From: Bacteroidia bacterium
GTDB taxonomy: Bacteria; Bacteroidota; Bacteroidia; Bacteroidales; GCA-2748055
NCBI GenBank assembly: GCA_030639005.1
Contig: DAOWDN010000165.1
Span: 1 to 62,289 of the forward strand
DNA length: 62,289 nt
Reading direction: 5' to 3'
The position numbers were made by a program, and so were the translations under genes. Position 1 is the stretch's first letter. The number at the start of each line of letters is the position of its first letter. The notes beneath the pieces were generated by a model, which saw nothing but the letters and a program-made list of their open reading frames with translations, ran no database searches and was not told the origin of the DNA. Below, piece after piece: positions 9,423-18,569 of this stretch.

Positions 9423-9872
9423 TTACTGATTATCAATCGAATACCATTCTGCAAACGAGCTTGCCGTCTCATATAACCTGACGGAATATAACTCTATATT
9501 GGAGGGTAGTCTTAATTCTATTCTATCAACTATAAAAAGCACAAGATTTTCACAGGTTGGCTGAAAATCAACCAGATGCACCTTTCTGTACATCTGGTTA
9601 GAATCGCCCGGAATCTCCTCTCCGGCAGTCCTGTTCAACACCAGCGAATGGTCCAGAAAATCAACCACCGGCCCCTTGATCATTTTCTTTAGGTCGGTAA
9701 AATCGAGTACCATTCCAAGTTTGGGATCGCCGGGATCATTGTTGGGTTCTCCTGCAATCGTTACAAAAAGCTTATAGGAGTGCCCATGAATATGTTTACA
9801 TACACCATCATAATTCCATAAGGCATGAGCCATCTCAAAATGGAACTCCTTGGTTACCCTGATTCGCTTCAT
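9423..9872 (-). CDS. queD: 6-carboxy-5,6,7,8-tetrahydropterin synthase
   Basis: FEMAHAL..C.HIHGHSY, DFTDLK, LDH, PTCENL, LYETA. Confidence 0.9.
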   Translation of the reverse strand: MKRIRVTKEFHFEMAHALWNYDGVCKHIHGHSYKLFVTIAGEPNNDPGDPKLGMVLDFTDLKKMIKGPVVDFLDHSLVLNRTAGEEIPGDSNQMYRKVHLVDFQPTCENLVLFIVDRIELRLPSNIELYSVRLYETASSFAEWYSIDNQ

Positions 9873-9884
9873 AATCTACGACAT

Positions 9885-10184
9885 TCATTCACAAACACAT
9901 TCACTGATACACCGCACCAGCATGCTTAAATTTTTTCTTTTCAAATAGTAGAAGGTGTTTTTACCTTTGCGCACAGAAGCAAGTATGCCCTTGTCCTTAA
10001 GTATGCCCAGGTGATGGGATGCAGTTGATTGTTCAATCCCAAGCAAATTATGTATTTCAGTTACATTCAACTGGTTTTCTTCACCCAGGTGTCCAAGAAT
10101 AGCCAATCGCATGGGATGCGATATGGCTTTGATCATATTGGCTGCACTCTCAACCTCTTCCGGTTTCAGGTCTGAAAATTCCAT
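9885..10184 (-). CDS. ArsR/SmtB family regulator
   Basis: KAISHPMRLAIL..LNVTEI..QSTASHHLGIL; C-terminal CISECVC. Confidence 0.9.
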   Translation of the reverse strand: MEFSDLKPEEVESAANMIKAISHPMRLAILGHLGEENQLNVTEIHNLLGIEQSTASHHLGILKDKGILASVRKGKNTFYYLKRKNLSMLVRCISECVCE

Positions 10185-10210
10185 GATTCAACTGCTTGTT
10201 TTTTGAATAC

Positions 10211-10239
10211 ATATTGAACAAATACAAATATATCAATAT
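10211..10239. promoter_or_regulatory. Inverted repeat overlapping the ArsR promoter (putative operator)
   Basis: ATATTGA-N15-TCAATAT enclosing a minus-strand TATATTTG (-7 box) at 10225-10232. Confidence 0.45.
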
Positions 10240-10303
10240 TTAAGGTATTTAATATGTACTTTTCCCTCCGGCAGACATTATATCAGGTTCTGTTTTCTTT
10301 TTC

Positions 10304-10311
10304 TACCTTTG
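10304..10311 (+). promoter_or_regulatory. Bacteroidota sigma-A -7 promoter element
   Basis: TACCTTTG (TAnnTTTG), 20 nt before the ATG at 10332. Confidence 0.6.
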
Positions 10312-10331
10312 ACAATTCCTATATATAGTAG

Positions 10332-11306
10332 ATGATCAGTTTAGAGGACATCCGGCGGCCGGTGAGCCGCGAAATGAAAGAGTTCAATTCCCGCTTTAAA
10401 TCAGAGGCTTCAAGTAACATTCCCCTGTTGAATGTGGTCACCCGCTATATTTTGCGCCGCAAAGGAAAACAGATGCGGCCCCTCTTTGTTTTTCTCTCCT
10501 CAAGGTTGAATGGAAAAATTACCGAATCGACCTACACCGCTGCTGCTTTGGTTGAGTTGATGCATACCGCCACCCTGGTTCATGATGATGTGGTAGATGA
10601 ATCAAATGAACGCAGGGGTGCATTCTCTATCAATGCCATCTGGAGATCAAAGGTGGCAGTGTTGTTTGGTGATTATCTTCTCGCAAAGGGCCTTCAGCTT
10701 GCCGTTGCAAAAAAGGAGTACGACCTGCTTGAAATTGTCTCAAATACTTCGCGGGAGATGAGCGAGGGGGAGCTGTTGCAGCTCCAGAAATCCAGAAGCC
10801 TGAACATCGATATGGATACCTATTACGAGGTGATTCGGAAAAAAACCGCCAGCCTGATTGCTTCCTGTACTGCCAGTGGGGCAAAAGCTGCCGGGGCCCC
10901 TGACGAGGCGGTGAAACGCATCCACCAGATGGGAATTGAGATAGGTATGGCCTTTCAGATTAAGGATGATCTGTTTGATTATCAACAACACGGCTTAATC
11001 GGAAAGCCCACTGGCAATGACATTAAAGAGAAGAAATTCACTCTGCCGCTTATATATGCCCTGAACCAGGCTGAGCCCGGTAAAAGAAAGGCGATGGTAA
11101 GAAAAATTAAAAACGGAAGCCGCAATCAGAGGGTTGTCAACGAGGTGGTTCAATTTGTCCATGACATGGGTGGAATCGATTTTGCCAGAACCAAAATGAA
11201 TGAGTATAAAACCAGCGCCATGGAAATCCTCTACTCCTTTCCTGAGTCCCCCTCCAGGGATTCACTACGTGACCTGGTTGAATATACAGTCTCCCGAAAA
11301 AAATAG
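10332..11306 (+). CDS. Polyprenyl diphosphate synthase (IspB-like)
   Basis: GKQMRP, LVHDDVVD..RRG (FARM), AFQIKDDLFD (SARM). Confidence 0.93.
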   Translation: MISLEDIRRPVSREMKEFNSRFKSEASSNIPLLNVVTRYILRRKGKQMRPLFVFLSSRLNGKITESTYTAAALVELMHTATLVHDDVVDESNERRGAFSINAIWRSKVAVLFGDYLLAKGLQLAVAKKEYDLLEIVSNTSREMSEGELLQLQKSRSLNIDMDTYYEVIRKKTASLIASCTASGAKAAGAPDEAVKRIHQMGIEIGMAFQIKDDLFDYQQHGLIGKPTGNDIKEKKFTLPLIYALNQAEPGKRKAMVRKIKNGSRNQRVVNEVVQFVHDMGGIDFARTKMNEYKTSAMEILYSFPESPSRDSLRDLVEYTVSRKK

Positions 11307-11307
11307 A

Positions 11308-13116
11308 TTACAGTTTGTTTTTCTGCATGTATTCATGAAGTTTCAGGGCACGCGATTCGCCAAGTTCTTCTGCAAGCAGATCCGGCGATGCATTCTTTAT
11401 TCCTTCCAGAGATTTAAAACGACTGAATAATTTTTCAATTGACCTGGAGCCAATTCCTGGTATCTTCTCCAGAAGAGACCGGGTCATGCTCCCTGAACGC
11501 TTCAACCTGTGAAAAGAAATTCCAAATCTGTGCGCTTCATTTCTTAAGTATTGAATCAACTTAAGTGATTCGGAATTCTTATCAATATAGAGCGGTACAG
11601 GATCATCCGGGAAATAAATCTCTTCCAGTTTTTTAGCTATTCCAATAATAGCTATTCTTCCTCTCAAGTCAAGCTTATTCAGGCTCCCGACGGCCGAATT
11701 TAATTGCCCCTTTCCTCCATCAATAACTATCAGCTGCGGAAGGGGCTGCTTCTCCTCCAACAATCTCCGGTATCTCCTGAACACCACCTCCTCCATAGAA
11801 GCAAAATCATCAATACCCTTCACCTCCCTGATATTGTAATGTCGGTACTCCTTCCTTGCGGGCTTTCCATTCTTGAATACAACGCAGGCTGCTACAGGTT
11901 CACTGCCCTGAATGTTGCTGTTATCAAAGCACTCAATATGTACGGGAATTTCTTTTAACCTAAGATCCAATTGAACAGTAAGCAGGATCCTCTCCCCCGA
12001 ACTCGCCAATTTCTTCGAGGTGGTTTTTTTTATCTTTTCAAATCTGTAACTCCTGGCATTTCTCAGCGAAAGGTCCAGTAGCTTTTTTTTATCACCCCTC
12101 TTGGGAACTGTTAATCTTACATCTGGTAAAAAATCTCCGATATCAACAGGAAGTATCACTTCCCTGGAGTTGCTGTCAATCCTGTTTCTAATATCAATAA
12201 CTGCAAATGCCAGTAGTTCCCGGTCATCTTCATCCAGTTTCTTTTTTAATTCCACAGTATGAGCCTGAATAACCGCTCCTTTTACCACCTTTAAAAAATT
12301 AACAAAAGCCTCCCTTTCATCACTTATAATGCTGTACACCTCCACATCGTGAATTGAAGAATTGACAATAGTAGATTTACTTTGATAACGTGAAAGGATA
12401 TCAATTTTTTCCTTGAATTGATTGGCCTCCTCAAACTGAAAAGCATCCACCCTCTTTCCCATCTCTTTGTTCAGGTAGCTGATTACCTCATTCAGGTTTC
12501 CTTTGATAATTTCCCGAATCTGTGCAATGCCCCCCTCATAGTCATCGACACTTTGCAATCCTGTGCAGGGAGCTTTGCAATTACCAATGTGGTATTCCAG
12601 GCAAACCTTAAACTTTCCACTTCGAATGTTCTCCTCGGTCAGAGCATACTTACATGTTCTTAGCTGGTAAAGCTGCCGGATGAGGGTCAATAACACCTTT
12701 ACTGCATAAGCTGAGGTATAGGGTCCAAAATACTTTGAACCATCATTGATCACAGTCCGTGTGGAGAACACCCTGGGAAATGGTTCATTCTTTATACAAA
12801 TCCAGGGGAAAGTTTTGTCGTCCTTCAATAGAATATTATATCGGGGCTGGTGTTTTTTAATTAGTGTGTTCTCAAGCAGAAGAGCATCCGATTCACTTTC
12901 GACCACAATGTACTTTACGTCGGCAACCCGCCCGACCAAAACCTTGACTTTATAGGAGTCGAACTTTTTTCTGTTGAAATAGGAAGAGACTCTCTTCTTT
13001 AGATTTTTTGCTTTGCCTATATAGATGATGGTCCCCTGCTTATCATAAAACTGATATACACCCGGGTGGCCGGGCAGGCTCTTACTCAAAGTAGAAAAAT
13101 CCAAATCTTGCGTCAT
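11308..13116 (-). CDS. uvrC: Excinuclease ABC subunit C
   Basis: GIY-YIG (PGVYQF..IYIGKAKNL), ECFDNSN, IDGGKGQL, C-terminal HhH; alternative start at 13149. Confidence 0.97.
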   Translation of the reverse strand: MTQDLDFSTLSKSLPGHPGVYQFYDKQGTIIYIGKAKNLKKRVSSYFNRKKFDSYKVKVLVGRVADVKYIVVESESDALLLENTLIKKHQPRYNILLKDDKTFPWICIKNEPFPRVFSTRTVINDGSKYFGPYTSAYAVKVLLTLIRQLYQLRTCKYALTEENIRSGKFKVCLEYHIGNCKAPCTGLQSVDDYEGGIAQIREIIKGNLNEVISYLNKEMGKRVDAFQFEEANQFKEKIDILSRYQSKSTIVNSSIHDVEVYSIISDEREAFVNFLKVVKGAVIQAHTVELKKKLDEDDRELLAFAVIDIRNRIDSNSREVILPVDIGDFLPDVRLTVPKRGDKKKLLDLSLRNARSYRFEKIKKTTSKKLASSGERILLTVQLDLRLKEIPVHIECFDNSNIQGSEPVAACVVFKNGKPARKEYRHYNIREVKGIDDFASMEEVVFRRYRRLLEEKQPLPQLIVIDGGKGQLNSAVGSLNKLDLRGRIAIIGIAKKLEEIYFPDDPVPLYIDKNSESLKLIQYLRNEAHRFGISFHRLKRSGSMTRSLLEKIPGIGSRSIEKLFSRFKSLEGIKNASPDLLAEELGESRALKLHEYMQKNKL

Positions 13117-13299
13117 TTTGGAACGATCGGAAGTGATTATTCCCACCATTGGACACTAATAAATAAAATATGCTGCTCTCAGGGGCTTAAAACTGTTGAT
13201 TTATCGATAATTTTTGATGCTAACAAGCTCATCGCCACGTTCTTTTAAAGGAGTCACTTTCTAATAAACTTATTCGAACCGAACGAGCTTCCAGAAGAA

Positions 13300-13857
13300 T
13301 TAATGGCCCTCAAAAGAGATTATTGAATCAATATCGTAAGCAGATAGTTTTTTCCTTCCTTCCAGCTCCGGAAGCTCAACAAGGAATAAAACCTTCACCA
13401 CTTCACCTCCCAGTTCCTCCACTAACTTACACCCGGCCTCAGCCGTTCCTCCGGTTGCCAGCAAATCATCAACTACTATAATTTTCTCTCCTGGCAAGAT
13501 GGCATCATTATGAACTTCCAGGGCGTCCTCACCATACTCAAGCTTGTACTTGATACTTCTTTTTTCATATGGAAGCTTACCTGCTTTTCTCAACAACACA
13601 ACACCTCCACCAATTTTACCAGCCAGGGCTCCGGCCAGAACAAAACCCCTGGCTTCAATCCCAACCAGTTTATCAAAGGCCACAAAGTCTGAGTCTTCTC
13701 CCTTCAAAGATTCTGTCAATAACTCCAAGGCAATGGAGAAAGCCTCCCCATCCTGGAAAATGGTTGTCAGGTCTCTGAAAACAATTCCTTGTTTCGGATA
13801 ATCCTGAATTGACCTGGTGATTCCTTTTAGGTACTCAACAGCATTCGTGTGATTCAT
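13300..13857 (-). CDS. apt: Adenine phosphoribosyltransferase
   Basis: DYPKQGIVFRDLT, GIEARGF, LRKAGKLP, LEYG, VDDLLATGGT; start moved to the ATG at 13857. Confidence 0.95.
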   Translation of the reverse strand: MNHTNAVEYLKGITRSIQDYPKQGIVFRDLTTIFQDGEAFSIALELLTESLKGEDSDFVAFDKLVGIEARGFVLAGALAGKIGGGVVLLRKAGKLPYEKRSIKYKLEYGEDALEVHNDAILPGEKIIVVDDLLATGGTAEAGCKLVEELGGEVVKVLFLVELPELEGRKKLSAYDIDSIISFEGH

Positions 13858-13877
13858 AATCCAAATTTTTCTAAAAA

Positions 13878-13893
13878 TGTTCCACGTGGAACT
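13878..13893. promoter_or_regulatory. parS: parS (ParB-binding centromere-like site)
   Basis: TGTTCCACGTGGAACT; 15/16 match to the palindrome TGTTCCACGTGGAACA. Confidence 0.8.
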
Positions 13894-15766
13894 ATCTACC
13901 CATATATATGAGCAATACACTAATATCACTTGGCGATACTCCGGAAATCCTCGAAGCCTGCCCGATCGTACCCGGTTTTATTTTTGTGAGCTTTTGCCTC
14001 GCTTCGGTAGATATACTTTTTAATCTTCTATAATCGAAATCTGGGTCAAGCTTGATCTTCTCCAGGCGCTTAATCTTGTCAGCCATCTGCCGCTCTCTTA
14101 CAATATAGCCCTCATACTTGATGGATATCTCAGCAGTCTCTATAATCTCACCTGCCCTCTTTCCACATTCATCCTGGATCTTCTTCAGGCCCGGAACCTC
14201 CTCAATCAATTCGTTCAACCTAACCTGAGGTCGCTTGGCTACCTCTATCAATTTCATTTTTTGTTTCAATGGGGTCGTCCCCACCTTTTCAAGAAATGAA
14301 TTTATATGACCGGGAGCAATGCTATATTTTTTCATGAAATCTATGAACCTTCCCGAGAGTTCTCTTTTTATCTCCAGCAATCCTATCCTATCCTTCCCAA
14401 CCATTCCAAGGGTAGCCCCCAGTTCGGACAGCCGCTCATCTGCATTGTCCTGCCTTAACAGAATTCTGTATTCAGCCCTGGATGTAAACATCCGGTAAGG
14501 CTCATCCACCCCTTTAGTTACCAGGTCGTCTATCAATACACCTATATAGGCCTGGTCTCTGCCCAAAACAAACTCCTGGTTCCCCTGAATTTTCAGACTG
14601 GCGTTGATTCCAGCTATCAAACCCTGTGCTCCGGCTTCTTCATACCCAGTGGTTCCGTTTACCTGACCAGCAAAATATAGGTTCTTAAGCTTCTTTGTCT
14701 CCAGTGTGTGATATAGTTGTGTAGGTGGATAATAGTCATATTCGATGGCATAACCTGGCCTGAATACCTTCACATTCTCCAGCCCCTCTATCTGCAACAT
14801 AGCACTGTATTGAACGTCCCAGGGTAGTGATGATGAAAAACCATTTATATAGTACTCTATGGTTTCACGACCTTCCGGTTCTAGAAACAACTGATGCTGC
14901 TCCTTATCAGAAAATGTTACAATCTTAACTTCTATGCTTGGACAGTAGCGAGGGCCAATGCTTTGGATGGTTCCGTCAAACATTGGGCTCTCTTCAAATC
15001 CTTTCTCCAATTCAGAATGAACAGTAAGATTTGTATAGGCTATATAACAACTCTTGTGTTGGGAATAATCTACTTCTCCATCGAGGTAGCTGAACTTCCT
15101 CATCTCCATATCTCCTGGCTGCTCCTGCAGCTTCTCAAAATCAATGCTTCTTCCGTCTAGCCTTGCTGGGGTACCGGTTTTCATCCGACCCACCTCAAAA
15201 CCATGCTCCTTCAGTTGTTCGCTCAATCCATAGGCAGGGGGTTCACCCATCCGTCCCCCTTTCAACTTTACTTTTCCCACATGCATCAAGCCATTGATAA
15301 AGGTTCCAGCCGTAAGAATTACCTTATTAGAAATAAATTGAATACCCATGAGGGTTTTCACTCCAACAACTTCCTTATTATCTATAATAAGACTGTTAAC
15401 CTGGTCCTGCCAGAATTCCAGGTTTTCAATTCCTTCCAGCACCTTTCGCCACTCAAAAGTAAAGAGAGACCTGTCACACTGCGCCCTGGGGCTCCACATG
15501 GCAGGGCCTTTGCTTCTATTAAGCATTCTGAACTGGATCATCGACCTGTCGGTAACAATCCCTGAAAAGCCCCCAAGTGCATCTATCTCCCTGATTATCT
15601 GCCCCTTAGCCACGCCTCCCATGGCGGGATTACATGACATCTGCGCATACTTGGTCATATCCATGGTAATCAACAAGGTACGGGAACCCATATTGGCAGC
15701 TGCAGCTGCAGCTTCACATCCAGCATGGCCAGCTCCCACCACAATCACGTCATATTGAGAATTCAT
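13892..15766 (-). CDS. mnmG: tRNA U34 carboxymethylaminomethyl modification enzyme MnmG (GidA)
   Basis: VVGAGHAGCEAA, MSCNPAMGG, GPRYCPSIE, AGQVNGTTGYEEA. Confidence 0.98.
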   Translation of the reverse strand: MNSQYDVIVVGAGHAGCEAAAAAANMGSRTLLITMDMTKYAQMSCNPAMGGVAKGQIIREIDALGGFSGIVTDRSMIQFRMLNRSKGPAMWSPRAQCDRSLFTFEWRKVLEGIENLEFWQDQVNSLIIDNKEVVGVKTLMGIQFISNKVILTAGTFINGLMHVGKVKLKGGRMGEPPAYGLSEQLKEHGFEVGRMKTGTPARLDGRSIDFEKLQEQPGDMEMRKFSYLDGEVDYSQHKSCYIAYTNLTVHSELEKGFEESPMFDGTIQSIGPRYCPSIEVKIVTFSDKEQHQLFLEPEGRETIEYYINGFSSSLPWDVQYSAMLQIEGLENVKVFRPGYAIEYDYYPPTQLYHTLETKKLKNLYFAGQVNGTTGYEEAGAQGLIAGINASLKIQGNQEFVLGRDQAYIGVLIDDLVTKGVDEPYRMFTSRAEYRILLRQDNADERLSELGATLGMVGKDRIGLLEIKRELSGRFIDFMKKYSIAPGHINSFLEKVGTTPLKQKMKLIEVAKRPQVRLNELIEEVPGLKKIQDECGKRAGEIIETAEISIKYEGYIVRERQMADKIKRLEKIKLDPDFDYRRLKSISTEARQKLTKIKPGTIGQASRISGVSPSDISVLLIYMGR

Positions 15767-15767
15767 T

Positions 15768-16193
15768 CTAAACCAGTTTCAACCACAAATGTAATGCTTC
15801 ATTTTCCTTTTTGCGCATGATTCTCTTCTCTTCCTCATTTCCATCCTGATAACCGAGCAAATGGGTCACACCATGAATCATGACCCTTCGGAGCTCATCA
15901 TCTATGTCAGCGCCATAATAATCAGCATTCTTTTTCACCTCATCCACACTGATAAATACATCTCCTGAAATGAGATTTCCTTCAGTGTAGTCAAAGGTTA
16001 TAACATCTGTAAGGTAATTGTGGTTTAAATACTCCTGGTTGATGAGCCTGATCCGCTCATTGGAGGTAAAAACAAAAGATAGTATACCGGGATCTTTATA
16101 ATTTGTTGCGATCCACTCCTTGATCCACCTTTTGTGCCGAATTTTTTGCTTAAGATTGAAATTTATCTCTTCGGTATGAAAAGATACTGACAC
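15768..16193 (-). CDS. ybeY: rRNA maturation RNase YbeY
   Basis: LTDVITF, GDVFIS, HGVTHLLGYQD. Confidence 0.93.
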   Translation of the reverse strand: MSVSFHTEEINFNLKQKIRHKRWIKEWIATNYKDPGILSFVFTSNERIRLINQEYLNHNYLTDVITFDYTEGNLISGDVFISVDEVKKNADYYGADIDDELRRVMIHGVTHLLGYQDGNEEEKRIMRKKENEALHLWLKLV

Positions 16194-16588
16194 TACAGCC
16201 TGAACTTAAGCTCAACGATTCTTCCCTCTTCCAGATAGAGGATCTCATCCGATAACCTCTCCATTAGAAAAATCCCCCTGCCATTAATTTTTTCAAGATT
16301 TTCAGGAGCTGTAGGGTCTGGTACGCTCGAAAAATCGAACCCTGTACCCTGGTCTTCGATATGCACTTTTAACTGCTTCTTATCCATTTGGATTTCGATC
16401 TTTACACTTTTTGTCGGATCTGAATTATTGCCATGAATAATGGCGTTGTTAGTGGCTTCCATGGTGGCAACCAGCACATTTCCATAAATTTCATCACTCA
16501 AATCCAGTTCCATCGACAATTCGTCTATGGCTTTTTCAACCAACTGCAGATTTTCGATCTCAGAGGGTATATTCAAATCTTTTTTCAT
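16193..16588 (-). CDS. RsbW-like anti-sigma/Ser kinase (HATPase_c) protein
   Basis: EATNNAIIHGN, IEDQGTGFD, GRGIFLM. Confidence 0.85.
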   Translation of the reverse strand: MKKDLNIPSEIENLQLVEKAIDELSMELDLSDEIYGNVLVATMEATNNAIIHGNNSDPTKSVKIEIQMDKKQLKVHIEDQGTGFDFSSVPDPTAPENLEKINGRGIFLMERLSDEILYLEEGRIVELKFRL

Positions 16589-16647
16589 AATAATTCCAAA
16601 GGACGCTTCTTATACGGTGTCAATTAACCAAAGGTTCCAAAAAATCA

Positions 16648-17835
16648 TTATTTACTTATCCACTCCTCGGGGTTTAGAATGTTTCTTTCCTGCCACACTT
16701 CAAAATGAACTGTAGCCACGTGATCATTTTCATCTGTAAAGGCCTCGCCAAGCTTCTCTTTGGTAAGCACCTTATCGCCGGTTTTCACTCGTACGTTCAC
16801 CAGATTCTGATAAACCGACAGGAACTCCCCATGCCTTACCAATACTGTATAATTAGCACCGAGAATTCCAAAAACTTTGGTCACATCCCCTTCAAATACA
16901 GCCCTCACCTCAGTGTCTGGAGAGCTGGTGATATCGACCCCGTTGTTTTTAACACTGGAACCCCTTAAACCGGGCACTTCGTGATTACCATATCCAATGG
17001 TAATTATGCCCTTTTCTACCGGCCACGGCAGCTTGCCCTTGTTTTTCCTGAAATCATTACCCAGCAGCTCCTGTTCCGGCGTAAGAGCCCCATATATATT
17101 GTCTGAATTCAGTCGCCGAGCTTCCTCTTCAATAATCTCCCTGATCCGGCCTTCCAGCTCTTTGGCAATTCTCTCCTTCTCTCTAATCTCTCTGTTCAGT
17201 TCAGACTCTCTTCTCTTCAGGCTATTTATCATGGAGGTCCTTTTGCTTCTTTGAGCTACCAGTTTTTTCTGTTCGCTCTCCTTATCCTCCATCAGCGACA
17301 GCTTCTCATTCTTCAAAGAATTCAGCGATTTTTTCTGCTGATCCAGCTCTATGATTGAAGCCTCAATTTCAGCTGCTTTTCTGACCCTGTATTTACCAAT
17401 ATACTTCAGGTATTTGTATCGCTGATAGGATTGGGAAATGGTACTCCCTGCAAGGATATACATTAATTTTTCATACTCTGTATGATTCCTGTATGCATAA
17501 TAGATCAACTGTGCATATTCCTCCCTGTTCCTCTTGTTTTCGATGGTCAACTTGTCAATTCTCACCTGGGTATCGCTGATGTTTTGGCTAAGCAGGTTCA
17601 CTTCAGATTCCACTGTTTCAATCACCTTTGACCTTGAGTTGATCCCTTTCTGAAGAATTCTAAGCTGCTGAACCGAACTGGAACGCTGGGCTGCTGTCTT
17701 CTCCATTAATTCACGGGCCAGCTTAAGATCATCAAATGCTTCCCGCTTTTCCCTCTGCAAATCTTCCTTGGACTGTGCCGAAACAACACTTCCCAGAACC
17801 AAACAGATCCATATGACAACAAAACCCCTGATCAT
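16648..17835 (-). CDS. EnvC-like murein hydrolase activator (coiled coil plus M23 domain)
   Basis: Signal peptide, long coiled coil, KGKLPWPV, degenerate M23 domain (NNGVDI, HFEVW). Confidence 0.88.
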   Translation of the reverse strand: MIRGFVVIWICLVLGSVVSAQSKEDLQREKREAFDDLKLARELMEKTAAQRSSSVQQLRILQKGINSRSKVIETVESEVNLLSQNISDTQVRIDKLTIENKRNREEYAQLIYYAYRNHTEYEKLMYILAGSTISQSYQRYKYLKYIGKYRVRKAAEIEASIIELDQQKKSLNSLKNEKLSLMEDKESEQKKLVAQRSKRTSMINSLKRRESELNREIREKERIAKELEGRIREIIEEEARRLNSDNIYGALTPEQELLGNDFRKNKGKLPWPVEKGIITIGYGNHEVPGLRGSSVKNNGVDITSSPDTEVRAVFEGDVTKVFGILGANYTVLVRHGEFLSVYQNLVNVRVKTGDKVLTKEKLGEAFTDENDHVATVHFEVWQERNILNPEEWISK

Positions 17836-18569
17836 CTTAACTCTGTAAAAGTATATCTCCTTGGATTAACATCCATTTTTATTTTAATTTCCCTGTTGTA
17901 GGTGGTAATACCGCCCCACGCCACTATTTCAAACTGCGTAATCATAAAATTTGAGTATATTCTGAATGCATCTTCTACACGCTCTCCCATTAGGTACTTG
18001 TCTGTCTTCTGGTGATAAAACTCGAATGTGTCCATCAGCAACCCCACTCTTTGTAATAGAATCCGTTTTTTCACTAGGTGCTCATCAAATTCAAATACAA
18101 TATGATTCATCTGATCATCGTGAGCAATTTCAAGGTCATTGCATAAATAGTATTGGGCGATCAGGTTCTGAAGATCTCTGAAATTAACAGGGTACTGGTA
18201 CCCAAACCTTCTCTGCAAAGGAGACCTGTAAACTATCTTGTTCAAACGGTTAATCACCCTTATTGAGTCCTTCATTATTGAGGCCCGCAGAATCTCATAT
18301 CCACTGTTTACTGCCGAAAGGTAGATGATTGAATCCTTTTTTGAATAAACCGTTACGCTTACTTCATAACGTTCATCATCAAACGTCAGAATGGCTTCTG
18401 CCTTGCTAATCAGTATGCTCTGGATGGTATCAAGCGCCTGGCACCTTTCCGCTAATCCATCCATACCTTTCAGTTCGGGCTGGGCTGGTTTTGTGATCTC
18501 TTTTACCACACCACACTCCTTCAAAAAGAGCAGGACAATCAGCAATAAAATCCATCGGATCTTATTCAT
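17832..18569 (-). CDS. DUF4292-like exported or lipoprotein
   Basis: Hydrophobic N-terminus followed by Cys; KDSII and DSIRVINRLNK; lies in the usual dut-TPR-DUF4292-EnvC order. Confidence 0.65.
   Translation of the reverse strand: MNKIRWILLLIVLLFLKECGVVKEITKPAQPELKGMDGLAERCQALDTIQSILISKAEAILTFDDERYEVSVTVYSKKDSIIYLSAVNSGYEILRASIMKDSIRVINRLNKIVYRSPLQRRFGYQYPVNFRDLQNLIAQYYLCNDLEIAHDDQMNHIVFEFDEHLVKKRILLQRVGLLMDTFEFYHQKTDKYLMGERVEDAFRIYSNFMITQFEIVAWGGITTYNREIKIKMDVNPRRYTFTELR

Noticed and set aside
13150-13299. Intergenic gap between apt and uvrC
   Set aside because: I found no convincing hairpin, ORF or motif; probably a plain promoter region.
16589-16647. Possible remnant of a deleted gene between the envC-like and rsbW-like genes
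   Set aside because: Only 59 nt; any resemblance is too short to support without an alignment.
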